This document shows positions 32,567 through 45,100 of a stretch of 64,000 bases of DNA, in pieces. This DNA is from Blastocladiella emersonii ATCC 22665 (Eukaryota > Fungi > Blastocladiomycota): assembly GCA_025594325.1 (NCBI GenBank), contig JANHCV010000001.1, forward strand, positions 1,116,001 to 1,180,000, given 5' to 3'. The notes under the pieces are model-generated. The model had not been told where the DNA came from, did not search any database, and saw nothing but the letters and a program-made list of their open reading frames with translations. The first letter of the stretch is position 1, and the number at the start of each line of letters is the position of its first letter. Position numbers and translations under genes: made by a program.

Positions 32567-32879
32567 CTCTCTCGCACATGTCCCCCTCCCCTCGCGTTGC
32601 TTCCTGGCCTTGTTCTCGCCCATTTGTGTCCAATACATCTGGCTTTGTGTCCATCGTATCTTCAATCGTTACCCTTCGCTCGAAAATGACGCGACTCGTT
32701 GAGAAACGCGTGGTTCTCAAAGTGTCTCGCACGTCACGTGATTGATCGACGCGTCTCCACCGATGCCTTCTGACCTCAGCGACGCGTCAAATCATCTGGA
32801 ATCGCTTATCTAACGTTATAGTACTTGAAAAATCAGTATATTACAGCATGCATGCGGGTACAACAATTATTTCGCGCTT

Positions 32880-34197
32880 TCAAAGACGGGTCCCACGAGC
32901 GGCCATGACGCGCCTGTACTCGGTCCAAAGAACATTTGCGACGCGGTTCCGAAGCGAGATACCGCGCTGACGAGCTCCGTCCAGCGAGGCCTCGAGGACA
33001 GCGGCCTCGTCGTCCTCCTCGTTCTCGTCGTCCAGGGGCTCGCGCCCACGTACTGGCGCCTCACGCGCCGCGTCCCGCGCGCGCCGGAGCTCCGTCTCGG
33101 CGTCGCGAAAGAAGGCGTCGCCGCCTTGGTTCCACTTGTTGATCATGTTGTGCAGCGTGCAGAGCGCGTACACAAGCTTGACTTGAGTCTTGATTGGGTA
33201 GGCCGCGCCAATCGAGAGGACGCGGAACCGCTTCTTGAGCACGCCAAAGATATGCTCAATGGAGTTGCGGAGCGACGCGTGACGCAGATTGAAAAGCTCT
33301 TCGCGGTTCTTAACTCTACGTACGTTGGTGAAGCAGATGAGATGGCGCCAACGTGATGGTCATGGCAGTGAGAACGTACCCATCCTTGCCGCGGGCAAAC
33401 TCGCGAAGATGATAGCGGGTACCGCTGAAGGGCACGATGATGGACGTGCGGTTTGCGTAGCCGCCGTCGGCGAGGTAGAAGCGGCCGGCGGGGATCTTGA
33501 ACCCACGGGCGAAGGCGTCCGAGAGCACGCGCGAGTCGTGCGCCTTGCCCTCCCACCCTGCGAGAACGTAGGTGAAGTTCAAGTCAAAGTCGCAGGCAGC
33601 GAGGACATTTGAGGAGATGGTCCCCTTGCGGTTTCGGAACGAGTCGTGAAGCTTGGCGGGCACAACAAACGGGATGTGCGTTCCGCCAAGCGCGCCAACC
33701 GCGTTCTGGAACGGAGCGTATTTCGGGTCGTGGGCGATGCGCTCATGCACGGGCGTAGAATCGGACGGCTGGACAATGAACTCGGGCATCAGGCGGTACA
33801 GAGCGTCGAGCACCTGCTTCAGAACCCTGGACGCGGTCTCGCCAGAGATTTGGAACCGCTCCCTGAGGTTGCGGTTGGTGCTGCCCTCGCCGGCCATGAC
33901 AAGAAAAACCATGAAGCGCGCCTCGACGGACAGCTCGCGGCCGTCGGTGAGAAGGCCACGGTCGCGGAACAGGCGGCAGATGGCCTTGAAGGTCTCGCGG
34001 GGCATACGGGCGATTTCCGAAAAACGCGTTTTGCTGTTGCACGTCAGCAGCTCTTGAACCCACGACTCGCCAGAAAGCGTGGACGTGCGGATAGGCTCCC
34101 ACGAGCGGCGCTCGTTGCGCGCAGCGAGACGTCGCAGGAGAGCGAGGGCGGCCGTGAGCATGAGGCCGCGCAGCTTGCGGTTGTATCCCTTGCCCAT
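32880..34197 (-). CDS. Harbinger DDE transposase (HARBI1-like), first catalytic Asp apparently replaced by Gly
   Basis: GALGGTHIP, NVLAACD, GWEGKAHDSRV, YLADGGY, ELFNLRHASLRNSIEHIFGVLKKRF; intron 33379-33316. Confidence 0.9.
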
Positions 34198-34518
34198 GTT
34201 GTTTGAGGGCTCGAGAACACGATGCGTGAGGTTAGGTGTTGATTCGTTGCAATAAGTGCGGCTGCAAAGAGGTGGGAAAGATTTTATTGCGGGGGGGGGG
34301 GGGGGGAGGGGCGTTCATCCAGCGGGGCGTTTGGTTCGCACGGCCGCTGAGATGAACGGGGGTGAGGTGAAACGTGGCAACTTTTTCAGCTGATCCACCT
34401 GATCTGAACCAAACGGACCCTAAATGAAGACAAAAAGAATCCATGTTGTTCAACCAAAAACTCATCACGCGAACTCTCGACTCGTCACACACACACACTC
34501 TGCGCGTCCTCCACGCGC

Positions 34519-37500
34519 TCACTCCATTCGCACACCGACCTGGCGCGCGCGGTCCACGACGCGGCGCGCCTCGTCAACCACGCTGTACGCATGCTGGTTG
34601 CTTGACAGCAGCGTGTGACTGCCGCCGCCGATGGTCGCGCCGCACTCGGGGCACCGGCTCTGCGTCATGGCCATGCCGCAGTCGCCGATGCTGTACAGGT
34701 GGCCGTTCGGGCAGCGGTACCAGTGGCCGATACGCGCGAGCTCGGGGATCGCGAGGATCACCTGCGCGATCTCGAGCGCCTCAGGGCTCACGCCGTCCTT
34801 GGCCGCGCGCACGAACGAGTCGAACTGGTCCGTGTACTGCTGCAGCAGGTCCGTGTACTCGCGACGGCGGTCGCGCACGTTCTCGACCTCAGCTGCGACC
34901 GCGGCCATGCGCTCCGCCAGCGCCTCGTTGGACAGGTTCTCCGACGCGAACTCGGACGCGTTGGGAGCGCGGGGGAGCGGCAGGACCTGCGCGACGAGGG
35001 CGTGGTACTGCGGGATGAGGTCGTTGGCGCGGCCCGAGAGCTTGATGATCTCCTCGCGCAGCGCCGTGGCCACCGGCGACGGCTCGGCGGCGCCGCCGAA
35101 AGCGCCGAGGCCGTACTCCTTGCTCAGCGCCTTGGACAGGACCTGGACCAACGACTTGTAGGCGGCGAGCCGCTCGAGCGAGATATCGAGCACGCGGAAC
35201 AGCGCGCCCGTCTCCTCGAAGATCTTGGTCGCGAGGGCCAGGTCGTTGAGCGCGTTGCTGAACGCCGTGCGCGCGCCGGCGAGGTTGCCCTCGCGGCCGA
35301 GCGCCTCGCACGTGTGACGGCGGACGCGCGCGCGCAGGAACACGGCCTTGGACTCCTCGACCTCGAATTGGCGCACGACGACCGTGTCGCGAATGAGCTG
35401 GACCATGGACGGCGGCAGGTCCGGGTTGGTCGACGCCTTCCAGCACGCGTCGTGCAGTCGCCGTGTCGGGTCCGAGCGCAGCGCCTTGACGAACTTGGCA
35501 ATCTTCTCGGTGACGACCATGGCACGCTTGTGGATGACGGACGACGCGCTGGGCGGCGGCGGCGGCGGGTTGGCGCGAGCGCCGCGAGCGCCACGCGTTG
35601 CCGGCGGCACCTGGACGGGAATGTCGATCGGGTTGCTGCAGAACTCGCCAAACGACTCGACGTCAGCCGCGAGCTGGCGCAGCTCGGCCGAGAACACCTG
35701 CGACTGCTGCAGCTCGTTGACGAGCACGACGGCGCGCTTGAGCGCGCGGCCGTACCGCTTGGCGTCGGCCGACCGGATCGGCGCGCGGCACGTTGGGCAC
35801 GTCGGCGTCTGCTTGAGCACCTCGTCGTCCTCGTCGTCATAGTCCTGGGGCGGGCGCGCGCGGACCCACGCGCCGCCGAGCTTGACGTAGAACTTGTCGA
35901 GGTGCACGATGCCGTCGAGCGTCTCGACGGTCAGGACGTGGCCGCAGCCGAGGATCAGCACCGGCGACACGTCGAGATCGACCTCGCCGTACGTCTCGAA
36001 CATGACGTAGTCGACCATCTGGCCCAGGACCGTCTCCGAGGCGCACTGCTGGCAAAACGCGGGCGTAGGACACCGCTCGCCGCAGATCGATGGGCACCGG
36101 TGGCCGCAGGAGAGGAGCTTCTCGCAACGCCTATCACATGGCGTACGGACGCAGGGCGCCCCGCAGGGCAACGGGCAGCATCCCTCGTGTGCACAAGACC
36201 ACGTACACCATTCCAAGCACGCGATACAAGGCGAGGAGCACCGGCGCGTGCACTCGCCATGGTCGCACGCGGTCGCCGAACAAGCGCGTGAACATGGAGG
36301 GCAGGACGCCGCCGGCCCCGCCGGGTGCGAGGAACAAACGATTTCGCAGTCGTGTTTGCAGTGCAGGGTCTTCCCGCAGCGCGTCGAACATGGCGGGTGC
36401 GTCGTAGACTTACCCGTGACCTGGTCGCGCTTCGTGCAGGCCGAGCAGCTGGCCCGACAAAAGTGCGTCTCGCCGCCGGTCCCGCAATCGAGCGGCGCGT
36501 TGCAAACGCACGGGCACGGGCGTAGGTCGGCGTCGGCCGAGCACTCGACGGCGATGGTGTGGCCGCAGAACCGCTGCTTCTCGACCTTGACCTTGCACTT
36601 GACGGCGGCCAGGTCCTGGAGCTCGTGGCACCGCGCGCGGTACGCGTGGCCGCAGCCGGGCAGCGTCACCTCGTCGTCGGCGGGCTCGAGGCACGGGCCG
36701 CAGGCCTCCCAGCATAATTTTTGGCATGGGTGCCTGCAGGAGTCCCGCAGCCGGGCGCAGTCGCGCGTGCACCGGGCCAGCGCGTGGTCCGGGTCGTCGG
36801 CGTGGCATTTGCGCGAGCACGTGTGCCCGCAGCCGAGGCGGGCCGTACAGGGCCTGTTACAGCCGCCATCGGGCGCGAGGAGGCGCAGCGAGTCGGCGTC
36901 GACGACCTGGCGCACGTCGTCGGGGTGCCGCTGGCACTGGATCTCGAGGACGGGGCCGATCAGCTGCTTGGGCTCCATGATGTTGACGAGGCGCGTCCAC
37001 AGGTCCGACTTGGCCTGGAACAGGCGCGCGTTGCCGACGAGGTACATGCCCATGCGTGCGCGGGACAGCATCACGTTGACGCGGTTGACGATGCCGACGA
37101 ACCCGATACCCGAGTCCTCCATGTTGTCGTTGAGCGTCGAGCGGACCAGCGAGATGAGCACAATGTCCGACTCCTCGCCCTGGTAGTTGTCGATGCACGC
37201 GACGCGGATGCACGAGCGCAGGTCGATCTGGCGGATGGCCGGCCCGTTGTTGTTGTTGGCCGTGGCCTGGTCGTCGCCGTCGTCGCCCGTCGCGAGCATC
37301 ACGTCGTCCTCGTCGCGCTCGCCGACCGCGACGAACAGCTTGCGGCCCGCCATCTTCTCGCGGATCAGGAGCAGCTGGCCAATGTACGGCGTGAGCACGA
37401 CGAGCTGGTTGTGGTCGTAGCCCTGCTTGAGGAAGTACTCGACGAGGGCCACGATCATGTCGGCCTCAAACTCGTTGGAGTGCGACTGGGACGCGAACTC

Positions 37501-40500
37501 CTCCTTGACCGACCGCTGGTGGTACTCGTGCGACAGGAAGAACACGTCCTTGACCATGCCGCGGACGGGCGGGCGGCCGAGCGTGTTGTCGCCGTCCTTG
37601 AGGTGCGGGTAGATGCCGCCGAGCCGGATGAACTGCGAGATCTCGGGCTTCATGCGGCGCTGGTACTGCAGCATCACGTACGGCAGCGTGGGCGGGATCT
37701 GCGGGCGCTCGGCGATGATGAGGCGCTCGAACAGCGACACGTTGAACCGGTACGCGGCGCCGCGCTTGGACCCGACACACAGCTCGTACTCGTTGACCTT
37801 GGGGCGCAGCTGCTTGTGGTCGCCGATCAGGATGAGCTGGTGCACGCTGCGGTGGAGCGCAGCGAGGATGTGGGCCTCGAGCACCTCGCCGGCCTCCTCG
37901 CAGATGATGATCTTGGGGCGGAGGCTGCGCATGATGTGCTGGTTCTTGGCGGCGCCCGTGGTGGTCATGCCGACGATGCGCTTGTTGCGCAGGGCCTGCA
38001 CGTCGCGCGTCTCGAGCATCGACTTGACCTGGCGGCGGAGCTCGTCCGACTTGTTGCGCAGCGAGCGGAGGTTGCGCTGGTGCTCGTCGAGCAGGTGCTG
38101 GTGCATGTACTCGGCCAGCGTCGCGCGCTCCGTGAGCGTCAGCGACCACACGTCGTCGATGGCCGCGAGCTCGGCGAGGTCGCGGTCGGGGCCCGTGTGC
38201 AGCGCGCGCGAGCGGCTCTCGAGCAGCGCCGCCTCGACGTCAATGGGCGCGGCCACCTCGACGGGACCGGGCAGCGCGTCCTCGTCGTACTCGGCGTTGA
38301 GGTCCATGGGCGCGACGACGAGCCCGCGCGCCGCTGCGGCGGCCTGGTTGAGGTGGTCGAGGTGGTCGAGCGCGGCGGCAAACTCGTCGTCGCCGCCGTC
38401 GACCTCGGCCGCGGCCTCGTTCCTGTCGTCGTGGTCGGCGAGCGCCGAGTACGCGTTGGCACGCGCCGCGGCGGCCGTAGCGGCGGCAGCCTTGGCCTGC
38501 TCCTTGCGGGCGCGGTTGGCGGCCTTGCGCGCGTTCTGCTCGGCGACCTTGAGGTCGTGGCCCGTGAGCCAGGCACGGATCCACGAGCCCGAAAAGTTCT
38601 TGGACGCAATCGACTGGGCCTGCGAGCGGAACACGACGCGGAGGGCGTGCCACGCCTCGCGCGTGTCGAGCGACGAGAGGTCCTTGGCCATGGCGTCCGA
38701 CAGCTCGCGCGTGATCTCGCCGAGCTTCTCCTCGAGCTGCTCGAGGTTGGCGCGGAACTCGCGCGACGACCACCGCTCGGGCCGGTATGCCTCGAGGTCC
38801 GGGTCGGGCCGGCTGCCGATGCGGACGAGCGATTTGATGCCGACGCGGAGCAGGTCCTTGAGGAACTGGTCGAGGGCGTGGTTGGTGTAACAGATCACGA
38901 GGATCGGGAACTGGTCGGCGTCGAACTTGGTCAGCGCCTCGACAATGTTGACGCCGACGTGCGACTTGCCCGTGCCGGGCGGGCCCTCGATGCACGACAC
39001 GTTGCTCGACAGGGCGCGGAGGAGCGCGCTCGCCTGCGACTCGTCGAGCTTGGACCGGCGAGCGAGTGTCGCCGTGACCTCGTCGAGCTCGCCGTCGCGC
39101 GACGGGGTAAAGTAGATCGGGCCGTCCTCGGGGTCGTCGGGCTTGGCGAGGAACGACAGGTCGAAGCGGAACCCGGGCGAGCGCGCGTACAGGGGCAGCT
39201 CGATAGCCTCGCCCGTGGCCGTCGGCGGGACCGCGGGGCACAGGATCTCGGGGAACGGCAGGTCCGTGGCGGTCATGCCCTGGAGCGACTCGAGGATCGG
39301 GCGGTACGCCTCGAACAGCATGCCGCGGAACTCGAGCAGGTAGATGCGGTGGCGCTTCCACTTGCCGGCGTGCGCGTTGGCGCGGGCGGCGCTCAGCAGC
39401 GCGGGCGGCACGTCGCGGTCGCCAAACGACAGGGTGAGGTGGGCGAGCTCCGGGTACGGCGGCTTGAGACTCTTCTTGTCGCGCGGGTCGAAGCCGCGCT
39501 CGGCGACCGTCGCGAACGTGACCTGGTAGCCCTCGCCGGCCATGCCGGGGAACACGACCGCGACCATGTTCTGCCACTGCAGGCACCGGTCCCAGAACAG
39601 CACGTAGCTGGCCTGGTTGCGCATCGACCGAGCCGGGATCGCGAACTTGAGGCCGAGGACGATGCCGAACTTGGCGTCGAACTTCGTCTCCTCAATCAGC
39701 GGCTGTACGTCCGTGTACACCATGAGGTCGGCGGCGGCGCCCTTCTGGACGGCCTTGAAGCGACCGCTCTCCTGGCGGTGCTGGCCGCGGCCGATCGTGT
39801 CGAGGAACAGGCGCACGCCGGCCTTGGCGGCGGCGAGGAAGTCGTATCGGAGGAGGCGGAAGTGCGAGTCGAGGAGGCGGTCAGGGCCGGGCGGGAGCCA
39901 GTGGGCGTTGAGCTCGAGCTGCAGGTTCCCGGGGAGCCGCGGCGGCGCCTCGCAGAGGATCTCGTCCATGGTGGGCAGGACCGAGATCTGGCGAAAGTCC
40001 GGGTCGTCGTTGTCGTGGTCGTGCGCGGGCGGCGCGAGCTGCTCGAACGGCCACGGGTCGTCGCGCAGCTGGTCGGCGCGGTCCTGCGCCTCGCGCTTGA
40101 GCTTGAGCTGCTCGGCCATCTGCTCCTTGAGCGAGCCGCCGCCGAGGACCTGGCGCTTGGCGCTGGCGAGCAGCATGCGGGTGAACTGCACCGCGTGCGG
40201 CGACTCGACCATGAACGGCTTGGCGGCAAAGACGCCGTTCTCGATGGCGGCGGCCCAGTCGTCGATCAGCGGCTCGACCATGTCGAACACGTCCTTGACG
40301 TAGGCCTTGGTCGCCGGGTCGGCGAACCGCATCGTGTACTGCTCGAGGAACTTGAGGAAGGGGTCGAAGACCTGGGCGAACGAGTGCGGCACAAACTGGT
40401 CCTTGGTGCGCGGCGAGTCGACGAACCGGCGGTCCTCGAGCGTGCGCTGCGCGAGCGCCTCGGTGGTGCACGCCAGGAACTGCAGGATGAAGTTGTCGCG

Positions 40501-41546
40501 CGCCGGGTGGACGGCGCTGAACAGGAGCTGCGTCTTCTCGCGCAGCGTCGACTGCTCGACGTTGCGGTGCGCGAGGACGTAGAGCATCGGCAGCAGGACG
40601 CGCTGGAACGAGACCATGGACGCGCCGGGCACGCGCGACGAGCCGGCGGCGATCGAGTAGGTTGTACACTGCGCGAGCTGGAGGAGCGCGCGCAGCGGCA
40701 GGCTGGCCGGGTCGAGCTCCATGAGCAGCTCCGTGGGCGTGGACCCGAGCTGGCGCAGGAGCTCGGCGAGGAAGCGCGCGGCGTTGTCGTTGTCGATGGC
40801 GGCGCCGTACTGCGGCGCGAGGTTCGGGTTGCGCACGCGGTCCATGGCGATGACGGGCGGCGCCGTGAGGTACAGGATGGCGACGTTGTCGACGACGTTG
40901 GGCGAGGCGACGAGGTCGCGCAGGCGGTCCTTGAGCTGCGTGCGCACGCCGGACGTCGACGTGCTGCACACGGCCGGGTCGTGCGAGTACTTGCACCCGT
41001 CACCGAACTTGCAGGTGCCGAACTTGGCAAACTGCGGGCACGCCGCGACAGCTGTGATGGTGAGCCGTGATCGGTCAGTGATGGGGCGATCAACGCTGCG
41101 AGCGAGCGACGAGAACGTACCCTGCACCACCTGGAGGTCCTCGGCGTGGCCGTGCGAGAAACGGCAGTTGTCGCCAAATCGACAGTTGCCGGCGAGAAAG
41201 GCGTTGCACACTACGAGGTACGCGTCGTGTCGGTCAGTGCCGTACGGCGAGCGATCCCGAGTACTGTATGATGATGCGTACGTCGAGCAGGCTGGCCGTT
41301 GTTCCCGTTGGTGTTGCCCGAACCGCCGCGGCCGCCTCGGCCGCGACCGGCACCGCCACGACCACCGCCGGCGCCACCGCGTCCGCCGTAGTTGCTGTTG
41401 TTGTTGCTGGAACTGCTGCCAGGATCGCGGCCGCCGCTGCTGTTGTTGTGGCCGCCGCGCCCGCCGCCACCGCGGCCTCGGTCGCCATGACCTCCGCCGC
41501 GGCCGCGCGGGCTGTTGGTGCCGCCGCCGCGTGGGACGGTCACCAT
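34519..41546 (-). CDS. ZNFX1: ZNFX1-like SF1 RNA helicase / E3 ligase with N-terminal RGG tract and two CCCH fingers
   Basis: GPPGTGKS, CEEAGE, LIGDHKQL, IDNYQGEESD, NVMLSRAR; NF-X1 Cys-rich repeats; RING-like module; C-terminal RZ finger HWYRCPNGHLYSIGDCG..CPECGATIGG. Introns 41281-41211 and 41120-41052 give start 41546. Confidence 0.92.
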
Positions 41547-41977
41547 GGTGATGGGGTTGCTGATGAGGCTGAGCTGCTGCGTGTGTCTGCGTTGACTGCG
41601 AGGGAGGTGCGCTCGTGCAGCGGATCGTCACGGCGAGCGAGGGCGAGCGAGGACGAGCGACGAGCTGCTGCCCGCGGCGAACACGGCGGACTGCTCGTCG
41701 AGCGAGCGTCGCGTTGGGCCGCATGTGCGTCCAAGTCGTGTCCATGCGGCCAACGCGCTGCATGGGCGCGAAGAGGAAGGTGGTCGTCGGTGCCATGCGG
41801 GCGGTGGGTCGGGTGGCGCAGCGCGGAGTGGTCGCGGCTTGGGAGCGCATCCTCGGATCCTCGCGAGAGAAGGGACCGCTCCCCGACGCGTTTGCACACA
41901 TCCTCCGAGACTGCTCAACTGCCTTACGGTGACAGAGGTGTGTGACGAGACAACGCGCCGGGCGACGACGCGTCGTC

Positions 41978-42000
41978 TGTCTCGCGCCGGTTGCGAGACA
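41978..42000. promoter_or_regulatory. Palindrome TGTCTCGC-N7-GCGAGACA upstream of ZNFX1
   Basis: Perfect 8-bp inverted arms, same motif as 1489 and 3928. Confidence 0.4.
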
Positions 42001-42100
42001 GCAGCGCGTCGTGGCGCCAGATCAGCGGGCGAGCTGCGAGACTAGCGCAACGACTGAGACGATAGCGCAACATGTTCATAAAGAATCTTCACTTGCCCAG

Positions 42101-45100
42101 CTAGTCCTCCGTGTTCAGCATCCCCGTATCCGCGGCGCGGTCGAGATCCGCAACCTCGACCTTGCGCCGCATGGCCTCGGCGACCGCCTCGAAGATAGCA
42201 TCGCGGCCGCGGATCACCTTGTCGCGGACGTGGTTCACGAGCAGCCGCGTCTGCTCGGGCGTGTACGCGAAGTTGGTGGTCGCGCACCACGGCGCCGCGC
42301 CCGCGTCGAACGTGCGGAGCGTCGGGACCCCGAGCCCGAGATCCGCGGTGCTCCCGCTATCGTCGCCGTCCTCGCCGCCGTCCACGGGCTGCTCCTCGGG
42401 GAGCCGCTCGGGGAGCAGCGGGACGTAGACGAGGATCGGGCCCGCGTCGTGGTGCAGGTTGACGGACTCGGGGTCGATGGCGGACCTGTCGCGGCGGTTC
42501 GCTACGGGATGGCCCGGCGGGTGGAAGATGAACACGGGCGCCGTGAGGCCGGGGAACCCGTCCTCAGGGACGACGGCGGTGAGGTCAAGCTTCGGGAAGT
42601 TCAGGCCCCACTTCTTGACGAAGGCGTTGAGCGCGGGCACGTTGGCGGCGTTGGGCGCGAGGATATCGCCCGACGCGTCGAACAGGATGATCACGTCCGG
42701 GCGCGCCGCGCGCGACGAGTGCAGCAGCGGCGCCACGGGGAAGTTGAAGGCGAGGCCGCCGTCGACCAGCGACAGCGCAGGCAGGGCCTTCATCGACACG
42801 CTCGAGTCCGGGTCGTAGAACGGGTTCGGGACCGACGTCGGCTCGATCGGGTGCACCGTCGAGAGCTGGTCCTTGTGCACGAGCCGGTCGATCTGGCGCA
42901 TGATGGTCGGCGAGAGCGAAAAGTCCTCCTTGAGCTCGTTCCACGCGTGCTGGATCGACCCCGAGAAGGCCGACCCCCACACGCCCATGTAGACGGGGAG
43001 CGGGAGCTCGGGCATCGGCCTACACGTCCACGCGAGGTCAATCTCGGCTCCGCCGTCGCACAATCCCCCAAAACAACGCACTCTTGACTCGCGCCATGTA
43101 AGAAATCGCGTCCGAGCGCCCACACGGGGACCCGCGCCACGGCGTCGCGGTTCGCGCGGTCAAAGTACTGGACCGACGCGTGGTACGGGTCGAACTCGAC
43201 CCACGAGTACTGGTCGAGCCGCAGGTCGTGCGACACGCACGTGAAGATGGGCCACGGGTACGCCGCCGGGTGCAGGTGCGCTGCCGCGTCGCTAAGCTTG
43301 GGCGCGTACTTGAACGTGGTCGCGGCGGGCGGGCCGCGGTCGAGGCGGATCTCGTCGTCGTCGACTTCGCCTTGGCGGAGGTTGAGGCCGCACGCGCGGC
43401 TCGCGGCGACGCTCGAAGGACTGCTCCCCGCAGCGGCAGCGGTGGCGGCGGCACGCGTGCCGCCCATGGTCGGGCGCGGGAAGATCTGGTTGGCGACGAG
43501 CGCTCCAAAGTAGTCGGCGACGGATACGGGCTTGCTGAACAGCTTCTTGAGGATGACGGGCGCGAGAATGTGCTCGAGATCGTTGGCCTGCAGCTGGAAC
43601 AGATCCTCGAGCCGGATCAGGTCCGACTGGAGCCGCGGGATCAGCGAGTCGAGCAGATCGTCGAGGTTGTGGTGCAGCATCAGCCACTGCGACAGCGTGT
43701 AGGTGCTGCCCGACAGCGCCGCTACATGAAGTTGCGTGTCAGTTTCGCGTGCGATGGCGGTTACGAGTGGAGAACGTACAGATGTACTGCGAGGCCTGCA
43801 GGATGCCGATATCCTCGAGTCCCTGGAGAAACCCGACGGCGCTGACCATGGCGCGGTACCCGCCGCCGCTCATGGCCACGGCGACGGTCGGCGCCACGTC
43901 CTCGGTGATGCGGGTGCCGAGAAAGTCGGAGAGCGCATCGAGGACGTACGGCATGCGGCGCTTGATGTACGCCGACTCCTGCGTCGAGGGCTTCGTTGTC
44001 TCGCTACACAAACTCGGTTAGTCATCGCCCCTCGCACTCACGAGGCCCGCAAGAAACGTACGTCGTCTTGGCCGTCCACTGGATCTCGGGGAACCGCTTG
44101 GCGTCGTTACTGATCCGCTCAACGTCCTCGACCATACCGACACTGAGCAGCCGCGACCCAGCATTCACGACCTCGTCCTTCCACGCGCGCAGGGCCATAT
44201 CGACGCGCGTGAGCCCCTCGAGCCCGCCGGTCTCGGTACGCTGAAGCACCACGTCGTTGACGAGCTCGATCCCGAACACGCCGAGCGTCGGGTCGCGTAC
44301 GTCCGGGTACGCGAGGACCGCGGGCTTGAGCTCGCTGAACAGGAGGATCTCGCTCAGGCAGATGCGGCCAATGGACGGCGCCGGCAGCGGCGCGAGCTCG
44401 AGCGTCTCGCCGGGCGGGATCGGGAAGACGGCGCGCTGGCCCGCCTGCGTCGCCGCGTAGTTGGTCACGTTGCACAGCGCGAGCGCGTTCTGCAGGTGCT
44501 CGGGCGGCGCGCCGATGATTGACGACGGGCGCGACGTGAACGAGGCCGGCCGGGACGCGTACGAGGCCGGATGCGAGGAGGATGAAGAGTCGTCGCCCGC
44601 GTCAGGGTACAGCGTCGAGGTCTCGCGGGGCGCCGGCGTCGAGCCCTTGCGCGGGCGCGCAACGCGGACCGACTCGTCCGTGTTGATGGTGACGGGCGGA
44701 CTCTGTCCAACCGCGCTGGACGCCGACGACGAGCCCATGCCGAACTTGGAGTCGACCGTATCAGGCCGCGCGAGATCCATGCTTCCCAGTAAATCCTCGT
44801 TGCGCTGGAACATGTCGCCGACGCCGGGCGCGGGCGACGCGGCGGACCAGAAGTCGCGTGCGCGCTCCATGAACGACTCGAGGACGTTGAAGGCGGCGAG
44901 GTCAACGCACACGTCGTAGTGGCGGGCGACGTAGACGGGGCGGACCGACTGGTTGGTGACGGCGACGACCTTGGCGTTGGACTGGAACGCGAACATGGAC
45001 CCGGTGCTGCTCGGCTCGCGGCGCAGCGACGCGCGCGCCTTGGTCAGGACCTCGGTCGTCGGCGACCGCGGCGTCGGGCTATCGTAGACGAGGTCGGCCG

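Larger units (their letters stand above)
31167..34420. mobile_element. PIF/Harbinger DNA transposon (3254 bp)
   Basis: TIRs GGG(C/T)CCGTTTGGTTC, TAA TSD at 31164-31166 and 34421-34423, convergent Myb-like and DDE transposase genes. Confidence 0.95.

Noticed and set aside
36721-41070. 1449-aa plus-strand ORF and similar long ORFs antisense to real genes (e.g. 1751-3094, 4745-6664, 13023-14687, 48565-50121, 53756-55159, 61110-63323)
   Set aside because: These are shadow ORFs produced by extreme GC3 bias on the opposite coding strand; they have no recognisable motifs.
41547-41901. ZNFX1 start at 41901 as in the ORF track
   Set aside because: The upstream frame is an artefact of reading through introns. 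Splicing at 41281-41211 links the CCCH exon to the RGG exon starting at ATG 41546.
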